Shown here: positions 19,143 to 28,253 of the stretch, in pieces
Layout of the letters: every line of letters starts with the position of its first letter
How positions within the stretch are numbered: position 1 is the stretch's first letter
IMG/VR virus record: IMGVR_UViG_3300035670_000025
Source: a virus
Reading direction: 5' to 3' (one strand)
DNA length: 64,000 bases
Made by a program: the position numbers and the translations under genes
Notes under the pieces: generated by a model
What the model was told of the DNA's origin: nothing
What the model saw: only the letters and a program-made list of their open reading frames with translations
Databases searched by the model: none

Positions 19143-20492
19143 ATGTTAACAGAACAACTTAATAACAAGTGGAAGCCAATTCTAGAGCATGAAGACCTTA
19201 ACCCAATTAAGGACATTCATCGCCGTAATACAACTGCCGTTCTTCTTGAAAATACAGAAAAGGCACTTCGTGAAGGTTCTGCTTATTCAAGCCAGTTCCT
19301 TGTTGAAAATCCAATTCCAGCAAACGCAATGAGAGCATCTAGCTCTACAGCATCTGATGGTGCAATCGACACTTTCGATCCTGTTCTTATTTCTCTCGTT
19401 CGTCGTGCAATGCCAAATCTTATTGCTTATGATATCTGCGGCGTTCAGCCAATGACAGGTCCAACAGGACTTATCTTCGCAATGCGTGCAAGATATGCTA
19501 ACCAAACACACACAGAAACATTCTACAACGAAGTCAATACTGCATTCTCTTCAGTTGTTTCTGGTGCAAACACACTTGGTCAAAAGCATGTTGGTACTCT
19601 TCCAGGCAACACAACTGTAACAGCAAACCTTGCTGAAGAAGGAATCTATAACTTCGGTTCAGCAATGTCAACTGCACAAGCAGAAGCACTTGGTACAACT
19701 GACAATACTGCATTTGCTCAAATGGCATTCAGCATTGAAAAGGTTGCCGTTACTGCAAAGTCACGTGCTCTCAAAGCAGAATACACAATGGAACTTGCAC
19801 AAGATCTTAAGGCAATTCACGGTCTTGATGCAGAAACAGAACTATCAAACATTCTTTCTGCTGAAATTCTTGCAGAAATCAATCGTGAAGTAGTTCGTAC
19901 AATCCTTGTTACTGCAACTAAGGGTGCTACAGAAGGTACAACAACTTCTGGTATCTTTGATCTTGATACAGACTCAAACGGTCGTTGGTCAGTTGAAAAG
20001 TTCAAGGGTCTTATGTTCCAAGTTGAAAGAGAAGCTAATAAGATCGCAAAAGATACCCGTAGAGGGAAGGGCAATATCGTAATCTGTTCATCAGATGTTG
20101 CTTCTGCACTTCAAATGGCAGGTATCCTTGATTATGCTCCAGCACTTAATAGCAACCAACTTAATGTTGATGATACTGGTAATACATTTGCTGGTGTTCT
20201 TAACGGTCGTATGCGTGTCTATATCGACCCATATGCAACAGGTGGAAACTATATGGTCGTAGGTTATAAGGGATCAAACGCATTTGATGCCGGTCTATTC
20301 TACTGCCCATACGTTCCTCTCCAAATGGTTCGTGCAGTTGATCAAGACTCATTCCATCCAAAGATTGGATTCAAGACTCGTTATGGAATGGTAGCAAATC
20401 CATTTGCCGAAGGTGCAACTGCTGGTGTTGGTGCACTTACTAAGGACAGCAATGTTTACTACAGAAGAGTTCTTGTTACAAACTTGATGTAA
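19143..20492 (+). CDS. gp23: major capsid protein gp23
   Basis: LVRRAMPNLIAYDICGVQPMTGPTGLIFAMR, KSRALKAEY, YCPYVPL, GFKTRYG. Confidence 0.98.
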   Translation: MLTEQLNNKWKPILEHEDLNPIKDIHRRNTTAVLLENTEKALREGSAYSSQFLVENPIPANAMRASSSTASDGAIDTFDPVLISLVRRAMPNLIAYDICGVQPMTGPTGLIFAMRARYANQTHTETFYNEVNTAFSSVVSGANTLGQKHVGTLPGNTTVTANLAEEGIYNFGSAMSTAQAEALGTTDNTAFAQMAFSIEKVAVTAKSRALKAEYTMELAQDLKAIHGLDAETELSNILSAEILAEINREVVRTILVTATKGATEGTTTSGIFDLDTDSNGRWSVEKFKGLMFQVEREANKIAKDTRRGKGNIVICSSDVASALQMAGILDYAPALNSNQLNVDDTGNTFAGVLNGRMRVYIDPYATGGNYMVVGYKGSNAFDAGLFYCPYVPLQMVRAVDQDSFHPKIGFKTRYGMVANPFAEGATAGVGALTKDSNVYYRRVLVTNLM

Positions 20493-20512
20493 AATAGTCA
20501 ATACATATTATT

Positions 20513-20541
20513 AGAAGGGGGTTGATTCCCCCTTCTTTTTT
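20513..20541 (+). terminator. intrinsic terminator after gp23
   Basis: agaaggggg-ttgatt-cccccttct followed by a T-run. Confidence 0.85.
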
Positions 20542-20584
20542 ATCTATATTACAACAGATACCAAACCATAGAATGGAAACTATA

Positions 20585-22102
20585 ATGATTGATCTCAAAC
20601 AAATATGTGACGAAAGAATCTTTGATAAGAAATATATGATTTCTTTATCAGTAAACAAACAACTTCGTGAAACAATAATAAATTATACACAATGGATGCC
20701 GATTGATTCTCCACTAAAGATTCGTTGTTTAGCAATACATCTTGGTTATACGGAGCAAACTTTCCCTAACTGTATAGTCTGTGGGTTGCCTGTAACATAT
20801 AACAAATCATATCAAAATAAATTTAGCAATTATTGTGGTCCAGATTGTAGTAGATCTCATAGACACAGATTGAATCAAGATACTTATCAAAAACTAAATG
20901 ATAAAGATTGGTTATATTATCAAAGAATTGATTTGAAAAAGTCTTATGAAGAAATCGCAGAATTGATTAACTGTTCTATTAATCCAATAAAAAAAGCATG
21001 TATTCAACATAACATACCTATGGTTCAACACAATTGTTCTCAACCCCTTATATTGTTGAAACTACAAGATAAACAATGGTTGTTTGATTTACATTGTAAT
21101 CAAAGAAAGAAGGTTGAAGAAATAGCAGAAATGGTTGGTAGTTCTAAAGCAACAGTAAGTAGGTGGTTGAACTATCACGAAATTGAGACCAATCAACCAA
21201 ACAGTTATCCAAGAAAATTTAATAAAATATCTGGACAACATCAGCAAGTTATTGATTATGTTTGTTCTATTATTGGACAAGACCAAGTTTTAATCAACGA
21301 CAGAACATTATTGAATGGCAAGGAAGTAGATTTATATATTCCATCTAAAAAACTTGCGATTGAATATAATGGAGTGTTTTATCACGCATTTAGACCAGAA
21401 CACTCCAACCCTGCATTAAGAAAAGACAGAAAGTATCATATATCAAAAACACTTGAGTGCGAGAAAGTAGGTGTTAGGTTGATTCATATCTTTAGTGATG
21501 ATTGGATCTATAAACAAGATATATGGAAGTCTATTCTGGTAAATCTTTTGGAACAACCATACCAAAGATTGTATGCGAGGAAATTGACAATAAGAATACC
21601 ATCACAAACAGACAAAAAACAGTTTTTAAATAAAAATCATTTGCAAGGTGATGATAAATCAAGCATTTGGTTTGCCTTATATGACGATGATAAAATCATA
21701 AGCATTATGACTTTTTGTAAATCCAGGTATAACAAAAACTATCCGTGGGAACTGTCAAGATATTGTGTTGGTCAAGGAATTTCTTGTGTAGGAGGATTTT
21801 CTAAACTACTAAAGAATTTTCAAAAACAATATCAAGGAGATATTATATCCTATGCTGATTATTCAAGGTCACAAGGAAATGTATATTTGAAAAATGGGTT
21901 TGTATTAATTAAACGCAATCCACCATCATATGCTTATGTTGATTTATCAAAAAACGAAAAAAGAATGCATAGGTCAAATTATACAAAGAAAAAATTAAAT
22001 ATATGTAATGATATTACAGAGAAACAATATATGGAAGACAACGGATACAAAAGAATATATGATTGTGGAACATTGGTATTTGTAAAAAAGTCAATTTTAT
22101 AA
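20585..22102 (+). CDS. Hef-like homing endonuclease (Zn/HTH N-terminus, Vsr-like nuclease)
   Basis: CxxC..YCGPDC; EVDLYIPSKKLAIEYNGVFYH; WELSRYC..ISYAD..YLKNGF..IYDCG. The listed TTG start lies in the terminator, so ATG 20573 or 20585 is more likely. Confidence 0.75.
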   Translation: MIDLKQICDERIFDKKYMISLSVNKQLRETIINYTQWMPIDSPLKIRCLAIHLGYTEQTFPNCIVCGLPVTYNKSYQNKFSNYCGPDCSRSHRHRLNQDTYQKLNDKDWLYYQRIDLKKSYEEIAELINCSINPIKKACIQHNIPMVQHNCSQPLILLKLQDKQWLFDLHCNQRKKVEEIAEMVGSSKATVSRWLNYHEIETNQPNSYPRKFNKISGQHQQVIDYVCSIIGQDQVLINDRTLLNGKEVDLYIPSKKLAIEYNGVFYHAFRPEHSNPALRKDRKYHISKTLECEKVGVRLIHIFSDDWIYKQDIWKSILVNLLEQPYQRLYARKLTIRIPSQTDKKQFLNKNHLQGDDKSSIWFALYDDDKIISIMTFCKSRYNKNYPWELSRYCVGQGISCVGGFSKLLKNFQKQYQGDIISYADYSRSQGNVYLKNGFVLIKRNPPSYAYVDLSKNEKRMHRSNYTKKKLNICNDITEKQYMEDNGYKRIYDCGTLVFVKKSIL

Positions 22103-22141
22103 ATAATATTAAACAAGAACCAGAATAACTGGTCTTACTGA

Positions 22142-22167
22142 GGGAGGCAGAAATGCCTCCCCTTTTT
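22142..22167 (+). terminator. intrinsic terminator
   Basis: gggaggca-gaaa-tgcctccc followed by a T-run. Confidence 0.85.
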
Positions 22168-22169
22168 GT

Positions 22170-22199
22170 TATAAATACTCCATAAGACAACAGGAGTAT
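22170..22199 (+). promoter_or_regulatory. late promoter overlapping an RBS-sequestering hairpin
   Basis: TATAAATA 22170-22177; atactcc pairs with ggagtat (SD). Confidence 0.7.
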
Positions 22200-22202
22200 A
22201 AA

Positions 22203-22490
22203 ATGGCATATCTATATGTAATCGGTGGAACAGAAAAACCATATAAAATTGGAATAACAAATAATCCTGCAAGAAGATTGAAAAATCTTCAAACAGGACA
22301 TCCAAAAAAACTTAAATTGCATCACATTGAATTGATTTCTGATGATCAAGTTAGATTACTTGAACAAACTATTCACAATACGATTAAACACAGAAAAACA
22401 CATGGGGAATGGTTTGATATTGATTTAGAACAAGCAATATCAGAAGTAAAACACGCAAGAATTAGGTATCTTAAAGATGAAGAAGTTTAA
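22203..22490 (+). CDS. GIY-YIG nuclease (T5orf172/Mug113-like)
   Basis: YLYVIG..YKIGITNNPARRLKNLQTG..E..IH..GEWF. Confidence 0.85.
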   Translation: MAYLYVIGGTEKPYKIGITNNPARRLKNLQTGHPKKLKLHHIELISDDQVRLLEQTIHNTIKHRKTHGEWFDIDLEQAISEVKHARIRYLKDEEV

Positions 22491-22821
22491 ACAATATATC
22501 ACAGAAGAAAATCACATAACAATATATCGTGGAGAATCTGTACACAATCGTAAAGGTGGACCACTAAAAGGAAAATTTTATTCTGTAGATAAAGAGTTTG
22601 CTAGACAATTTACACAATCAGGACAAGAAAAAGAAGTATTGACAAAACAAATACCAACAAATCGTGTAAAAGATATGAGTCACATTTATGCAGGAGATGA
22701 TATAGAACCACATCTGAATCAAGCAAAAAGTGAAGGATTTGCCGCAGTAAGATTTAATGAAGGTGGAAATGAACCACATTCAATTTATGTATTCGATCAC
22801 AAAGCATTAAGGAGAATTTAA
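22477..22821 (+). CDS. putative internal head protein, ADP-ribosyltransferase-like
   Basis: MKKFKQYITE N-terminus; IYRG, FYS..KEFARQF, GFAAV..IYVFD. Confidence 0.5.
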   Translation: MKKFKQYITEENHITIYRGESVHNRKGGPLKGKFYSVDKEFARQFTQSGQEKEVLTKQIPTNRVKDMSHIYAGDDIEPHLNQAKSEGFAAVRFNEGGNEPHSIYVFDHKALRRI

Positions 22822-22822
22822 A

Positions 22823-23344
22823 ATGTCAGCACTTGATAATATTCCAGAAAATAAAAACTTTCTGAGTCCTTTGAATTTCAGATTTCAAATCAAAAAGTGC
22901 CCCAATGTTAATTTCTTTCTTCAAAATGTAAATCTTCCAGGAATGGTATTAAATGGTCCAGAACAACCTAACCCATTCGTCAGAATACCAAAAGCAGGAG
23001 ATCATATCGATTTTGATGATCTTATGATTAACTATAAAGTTGATGAAGATCTTCAGAACTATCTTGAGTTGTATAATTGGATAAGAGAACTTGGATTTCC
23101 AAATAGTTTTGATGAATACAAATCAATATCAGGAAATCCAGTTTATACTGGACTTGGAATAACTTCTGATATGTCATTGATTATTCTAACATCTTCAAGA
23201 AATCCAAATTATGAAGTAGTATTTAAAGATGCTTTTCCTATTTCAATATCATCATTGATTTTCGATTCTACCCCACAAGATGTTCAATATCTTGAAGCAT
23301 CAGCAACATTTAGATATAGATCATATAGTATCCAAAAAATGTAA
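22823..23344 (+). CDS. gp3: tail tube terminator/completion protein gp3
   Basis: NFLSPLNFRF, VDEDLQNYLELYNW, FKDAFPISIS, ATFRY. Confidence 0.85.
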   Translation: MSALDNIPENKNFLSPLNFRFQIKKCPNVNFFLQNVNLPGMVLNGPEQPNPFVRIPKAGDHIDFDDLMINYKVDEDLQNYLELYNWIRELGFPNSFDEYKSISGNPVYTGLGITSDMSLIILTSSRNPNYEVVFKDAFPISISSLIFDSTPQDVQYLEASATFRYRSYSIQKM

Positions 23345-23353
23345 AGGATAAAA

Positions 23354-23812
23354 ATGTATACATTTAAACAGTTTATCACTGAAAATTATAAAGGACAGCA
23401 TGAAGCGCCAGATAAGGAAACTGGAGCACCCTTACATGATGTTACTTCTAATGGAATTTATCCAAAAGATGTTTATTCACATAAAGGATTTGAATATTAT
23501 GGAAATCAAGGAAATGATTATGATCAATCTAATTTTAATAAAATACAAAGGATGAAAGATAAACCAGACGAAAAAATTTATATATTTAGAGCAGTTCCGT
23601 TATCTGTTCGTAAAGAAGCAATGAAAAAAGAAATACCAATAAGACATATGATTAGACCAGGAGATTGGGTAACAACATCAAAAGAATATGCACACGAGCA
23701 TGGTAGAAATCATTTAAATGGCGAATATCATGTTGCCGCAATGAGAGTACCAGCAAAACATATATTCACTGATGGCAATTCTCATTTAGAATGGGGGTAT
23801 GATCCAAAATAA
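23354..23812 (+). CDS. putative internal head protein, ADP-ribosyltransferase-like
   Basis: MYTFKQFITE N-terminus; IYIFRAVP, PGDWVTTSKEYA, LEWGY (R-S/T-E pattern). Confidence 0.5.
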   Translation: MYTFKQFITENYKGQHEAPDKETGAPLHDVTSNGIYPKDVYSHKGFEYYGNQGNDYDQSNFNKIQRMKDKPDEKIYIFRAVPLSVRKEAMKKEIPIRHMIRPGDWVTTSKEYAHEHGRNHLNGEYHVAAMRVPAKHIFTDGNSHLEWGYDPK

Positions 23813-23868
23813 TTGCTTGACATTACTCAACATATTCAGTAGTCTCCTTACAAAAAGAGGAGAATATT

Positions 23869-24303
23869 ATGTATTTTGAAGATATACAAAAATGTTGGGA
23901 TTCTGACTCTAAGATAGATAGCACCAATATCGGACAAGAGTCAATAAGAACCCCACAACTACATGCAAAATATATCAAACTATACTTTGCTGAAAAAACA
24001 AAATTACTAAAACATCAACACGCATATAAAACTCTAAGAGCAGAAAAGAAAGAGTTTTTTATTAATCCTACCAAAGAAGTAATGCAAGAAAAACAATGGA
24101 AAATTCCAGAAAGAGGAAAGATTCTCAAATCTGAAATAGAATTTTTCCTTGATTATGATTCGGAATTGCTCGAAATGGAATTGAAAATTGGTGTGCAACA
24201 AGAAAAAGTAGAATATCTCAAAATGATTCTTCAATCAATAAATGGAAGAACATTTGTTATAAAAAACTTTATTGAAGAAAGAAAGTGGTTATCTGGAGCA
24301 TGA
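23869..24303 (+). CDS. uvsY: recombination mediator UvsY
   Basis: WDSDSKID..ESIRTPQLHAKY..RTFVIKNFIE..KW..G; precedes uvsW. Confidence 0.85.
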   Translation: MYFEDIQKCWDSDSKIDSTNIGQESIRTPQLHAKYIKLYFAEKTKLLKHQHAYKTLRAEKKEFFINPTKEVMQEKQWKIPERGKILKSEIEFFLDYDSELLEMELKIGVQQEKVEYLKMILQSINGRTFVIKNFIEERKWLSGA

Positions 24304-25730
24304 TAGAAATTTCAAAAATAAATGAAGTATATATTAAAGTCTCTTCAACCGATAAAGGCATCGAAGAAGAACTTAAAGAATATTTCACGTTCCAAGTTCC
24401 TGGATATAAGTTTATGCCCGCATTTAAACGTGGAACATGGGATGGGAAATTGAGACTTTATAATCCTAGAAATAAGTCAATTTATCACGGACTTTTTCAA
24501 GAAATCGTAAAGTTTGCTGAAGATAGAGAATATAATATATCGTATACTAACGAGTTTACGAATACCCCATTTTCACTCACTGAGAGTAGACATTTCTTTG
24601 ATTCTCTAAACCTTCCTTTAGAACCAAGAGATTATCAAATAGATGCTTTTGTATCTGCCATAAGAAGCAGTAGAAGAGTATTATTAAGTCCTACTGGAAG
24701 TGGCAAATCTTTTATTATATATCTTATATCCAGATATTATGCCAAGAAAACTTTATTTATAGTTCCAACAACAGGATTAGTTCATCAATTGGCATCTGAT
24801 TTTAAATCATATGGTTATAATTTAAATTGTCATCTAATTACTTCTGGAAAAGAAAAAGATACTGATTGTCAATATACAATTTCCACATGGCAAAGCATAT
24901 ATCGTATGCCACAAGAATGGTTTAATCAATTTGAAGTAGTGATATGTGACGAAGTTCATTTAGCAAAAGCAGCATCACTTACTAAAATTATGTGCAACCT
25001 TGCAAATTGTAAATATCGTTTTGGATTTACAGGAACTTTAGATGGAACACAAACAAATAAATTAGTTGTTGAAGGATTGTTTGGTCCTGTGAAAGAAGTA
25101 ACAACAACTGCTAAGTTAATAGAAGAAAAACATCTTGCAGATTTTCGTGTCAAATGCATAGTATTTGATTATGCAGATGATGTTAAAAAAGCAGCAAAGA
25201 AACTTGATTATCAACAAGAAATTGATTATATTATATCAAATCAAAAAAGAAATAAGTTCATAGTAAACTTAGCAAATTCTCTTAATGGTAATACTCTAAT
25301 ATTATTTCAATATGTTGAGAAACACGGTGAAGTATTACATCGTATGCTTCAATCTATTACTGATAGACCAGTATATTTCATACATGGTGGGGTAGATGGA
25401 GAAGAAAGAAATGATATGAGAGAAATTGTTGAATCTCAAACAAATGCTATAATTGTTGCTTCTGTTCAGACATTTTCTACTGGAATAAATATCAAGAGTC
25501 TTGAGAATATAATATTTGCATCACCATCTAAATCGAGAGTTAGAACGTTGCAATCTATTGGTCGTGTATTGAGAAAAAGTGAAAGTAAAGTAAAATCTAC
25601 ATTATTTGATATTGCAGACGATTTATCATGGAAATCTAGTAAGAATTATACTATTCTTCATTATATAGAAAGAGTTAAGATTTATAATCAAGAGAAATTT
25701 CCATATAAAGTTTATAGAGTTAGTATTTAA
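24300..25730 (+). CDS. uvsW: DNA helicase UvsW
   Basis: WDGKLRL, PRDYQ, SPTGSGKS, DEVH, LQSIGRVLR. Confidence 0.95.
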   Translation: MIEISKINEVYIKVSSTDKGIEEELKEYFTFQVPGYKFMPAFKRGTWDGKLRLYNPRNKSIYHGLFQEIVKFAEDREYNISYTNEFTNTPFSLTESRHFFDSLNLPLEPRDYQIDAFVSAIRSSRRVLLSPTGSGKSFIIYLISRYYAKKTLFIVPTTGLVHQLASDFKSYGYNLNCHLITSGKEKDTDCQYTISTWQSIYRMPQEWFNQFEVVICDEVHLAKAASLTKIMCNLANCKYRFGFTGTLDGTQTNKLVVEGLFGPVKEVTTTAKLIEEKHLADFRVKCIVFDYADDVKKAAKKLDYQQEIDYIISNQKRNKFIVNLANSLNGNTLILFQYVEKHGEVLHRMLQSITDRPVYFIHGGVDGEERNDMREIVESQTNAIIVASVQTFSTGINIKSLENIIFASPSKSRVRTLQSIGRVLRKSESKVKSTLFDIADDLSWKSSKNYTILHYIERVKIYNQEKFPYKVYRVSI

Positions 25731-25747
25731 TCCTCATAGGAGGAAGC

Positions 25748-26140
25748 ATGTCAGAAAACATACAACACATAAGACTTATTAACGGTGAAGAAATTATTGG
25801 AGACATAATAGATTATTACGATAATAAACTTCTTATTTCTTGTCCATTAGTGGTATCTGAAAAGATGACCCCTGGAGGCAAATCAGCAATAGTATTAACA
25901 AAATACATGCCTTTTGCAACAACAAATATATGTGAAATATCAACCAATCATATTATTACTACAACAGATTTACATGAAGAAATGATAAGATATTATCATC
26001 ATTCCTTAAGATTTTCTTTTGTACATGAAGAGAATATGATTAAAGAAATACAATCAGTGAATATTATGATGGAAGCATCATTGATGGATAGTTATTCTAA
26101 CAGCATTAAATCAAATGATGGTTCAGGATCATTACATTAA
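25748..26140 (+). CDS. conserved T4-like hypothetical protein (Sm/SH3-like) upstream of gp55
   Basis: IRLINGEEIIG motif; synteny. Confidence 0.6.
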   Translation: MSENIQHIRLINGEEIIGDIIDYYDNKLLISCPLVVSEKMTPGGKSAIVLTKYMPFATTNICEISTNHIITTTDLHEEMIRYYHHSLRFSFVHEENMIKEIQSVNIMMEASLMDSYSNSIKSNDGSGSLH

Positions 26141-26158
26141 CATTTCACTGACACAGTC

Positions 26159-26186
26159 ATTATACAGGCACCAGAAATCTCGTCAA
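26159..26186 (-). promoter_or_regulatory. sigma70-type promoter, antisense to uvsW
   Basis: TTGACG-16nt-TATAAT on the - strand; near-copy of the primase promoter. Confidence 0.6.
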
Positions 26187-26200
26187 GGAAAAAATACAGC

Positions 26201-26728
26201 ATGAGAAAAAGAAATTATGTGAATAACAAAAGATTGTATGAAGTGATTTGCGAATATAAAATTGAATGCAATCAAAACAAACTTATGAACAAAGAATCTC
26301 CTCCAATTCCTTCATATATTGGAGAAGCAATATTATTGATTGCAACTAATCTGGCAAACAAGTCCAGTTTCTTTGCTTATTCATATAAAGATGAAATGAT
26401 TTCTGATGGTGTGGAAAATTGTTTGCTATATCTTCATAATTTTAATCCAGATAAAACAAACAACCCATTTGCATATTTTACACAAATAATTAAATTTGCC
26501 TTTATTAGAAGGATTGACAAAGAGAAGAAACAACAATATATAAAAATTAAAAATATGAAATCGTTGATGCTTGAAGATGTTGGAGATGATTTGTATAATT
26601 ATGCTCAACAAGATTCTGTATTCAATGAAGTATCGGATGAATTTGTCAGACAGTATGAAAATAAGTTGACAGAGAAAAAGAAAATTGCTAAGGTCAGTTC
26701 TAATACAATTCAACAATTTTTTGAATGA
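26201..26728 (+). CDS. gp55: late sigma factor gp55
   Basis: NYVNNK, YSYKDEMISDGVENC, NPFAYFTQI..AFIRRI.KEKKQ. Confidence 0.95.
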   Translation: MRKRNYVNNKRLYEVICEYKIECNQNKLMNKESPPIPSYIGEAILLIATNLANKSSFFAYSYKDEMISDGVENCLLYLHNFNPDKTNNPFAYFTQIIKFAFIRRIDKEKKQQYIKIKNMKSLMLEDVGDDLYNYAQQDSVFNEVSDEFVRQYENKLTEKKKIAKVSSNTIQQFFE

Positions 26729-26940
26729 GGTTAACTATGTATATGAAAGAAGAAGCAAAAAACAAACTGCCACCTATCATCGTTGAATACATTGAAAAGT
26801 TGTCTGATGATAAGACAAATAAATGGCAAAGAGATATGTATTGTGTGATGCTTGAAAGGATTCAACGTGCCTGTCAAGATGCAATTAATACACATAATAT
26901 GAAAACCTTAAAAGCACCAAAAATTACAACAAAGAAATAA
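26725..26940 (+). CDS. hypothetical protein
   Basis: ORF fills the gp55-gp47 gap. Confidence 0.55.
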   Translation: MRLTMYMKEEAKNKLPPIIVEYIEKLSDDKTNKWQRDMYCVMLERIQRACQDAINTHNMKTLKAPKITTKK

Positions 26941-26945
26941 ATATT

Positions 26946-28001
26946 ATGTTAATTGCTATTGTTTGTGACACACACTATGGTGCTAGATCAGATTCTACTA
27001 TTCTTCTAGATAACCAAAAACAGTTTTTTGATAACACCTTTTTCCCAACATTAAAGGAAAAGGGTGTGAATACTGTTATTCATTTGGGAGATTTAGTAGA
27101 TAGAAGAAAATATATTAATTTTAATACATCAAAAAGAATGAGAACAGATTTTCTCAATCCGTTGCAAGAATATACTGTTCATATGATTGTTGGAAATCAT
27201 GATGTATTTCATAAAAATACGAACGAAGTAAACGCATTGCAAGAATTGCTGAATAGTTATTCTTTTGATGTTTATACAAACACAACTAAAATTGTGATTG
27301 ATGGTTCTCCTATTCTTTTAGTTCCTTGGATAACAACACAAAATGAATCGCATACAATGCAAATGATTGATGATACAAAAGCACAAATTTGTATGGGTCA
27401 TTTTGAACTTTCAGGATTTGAATTTTATAAAGGTGTTGTATCAGAACATGGTATGTCTCCTGATACTTTAAGTAAATTTGATTTGGTATTTTCGGGACAT
27501 TATCATCAGAAATCATCAAAAGGAAATATTCATTATCTTGGTGCTCCTTATCCAATGACTTGGGCAGATTATGATTGTCCTAGAGGATTTCATTTATTTG
27601 ATACAAATATAAGAGAACTTACTTTCATTGCAAATCCTTATTCTATCTTTACACAAATTAATTATGATGATACAAACTGTAAGACATTAGAGGATATTAT
27701 CCAACAGTTTGTATCATGTAATAATATTACTAACAATTATTGTAAAGTTATTGTTAAGAAAAAGTCAAACCCATATTTGTTTGATCTTTTTATTAATGAG
27801 TTAGAGAAACAATCTCCAAACGAAATAAAAATCATTGAACATAGTATATTAGTTACTGAAGAAACGACTTTTGACCAAGCAGAAGATACAATTTCAATCT
27901 TAAGAAAAACGATTGATGGTCTTGATGTAGAAGTAAATAAACCACAATTACAAGATTTATTTTCTGACTTATATCAGCAAGCAAGCAATATGGAAATTTG
28001 A
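26946..28001 (+). CDS. gp47: recombination endonuclease subunit gp47 (Mre11/SbcD-like)
   Basis: DTHYG, HLGDLVD, GNHD, GHFE, SGHYH. Confidence 0.95.
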   Translation: MLIAIVCDTHYGARSDSTILLDNQKQFFDNTFFPTLKEKGVNTVIHLGDLVDRRKYINFNTSKRMRTDFLNPLQEYTVHMIVGNHDVFHKNTNEVNALQELLNSYSFDVYTNTTKIVIDGSPILLVPWITTQNESHTMQMIDDTKAQICMGHFELSGFEFYKGVVSEHGMSPDTLSKFDLVFSGHYHQKSSKGNIHYLGAPYPMTWADYDCPRGFHLFDTNIRELTFIANPYSIFTQINYDDTNCKTLEDIIQQFVSCNNITNNYCKVIVKKKSNPYLFDLFINELEKQSPNEIKIIEHSILVTEETTFDQAEDTISILRKTIDGLDVEVNKPQLQDLFSDLYQQASNMEI

Positions 28002-28002
28002 T

Positions 28003-28224
28003 ATGTTGACTTTTGAAAAAATCCGATGGCAGAAAAGTATCATAAATACTCATAAAAGAACATTATCTGGGATTGATGGTGGTTATCAATTAGACCACAT
28101 CATATCGATAAAATTTGGATTTGACAATAACATATCTCCTGAGGCATTATCAGAAAAAAGTAATTTGAGAATGTTGCCTTGGAAAAAGAACCTAGAAAGA
28201 AATTGGGTTAAAAATACCTTTTAA
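28003..28224 (+). pseudogene. orphan gp46 N-terminus fused to a remnant HNH endonuclease C-terminus
   Basis: MLTFEKIRWQ matches the gp46 start ILIFSKIRWQ; followed by CATAAATA and YQLDHIISIK..NLRMLPWKKN. Confidence 0.65.
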
Positions 28225-28253
28225 GTTAAAATTATTATGTGGAGGATGTGACC

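Noticed and set aside
28003-28032. MLTFEKIRWQ as another capsid-targeting tag
   Set aside because: It lacks the QF..E ending and is better explained as the duplicated gp46 N-terminus
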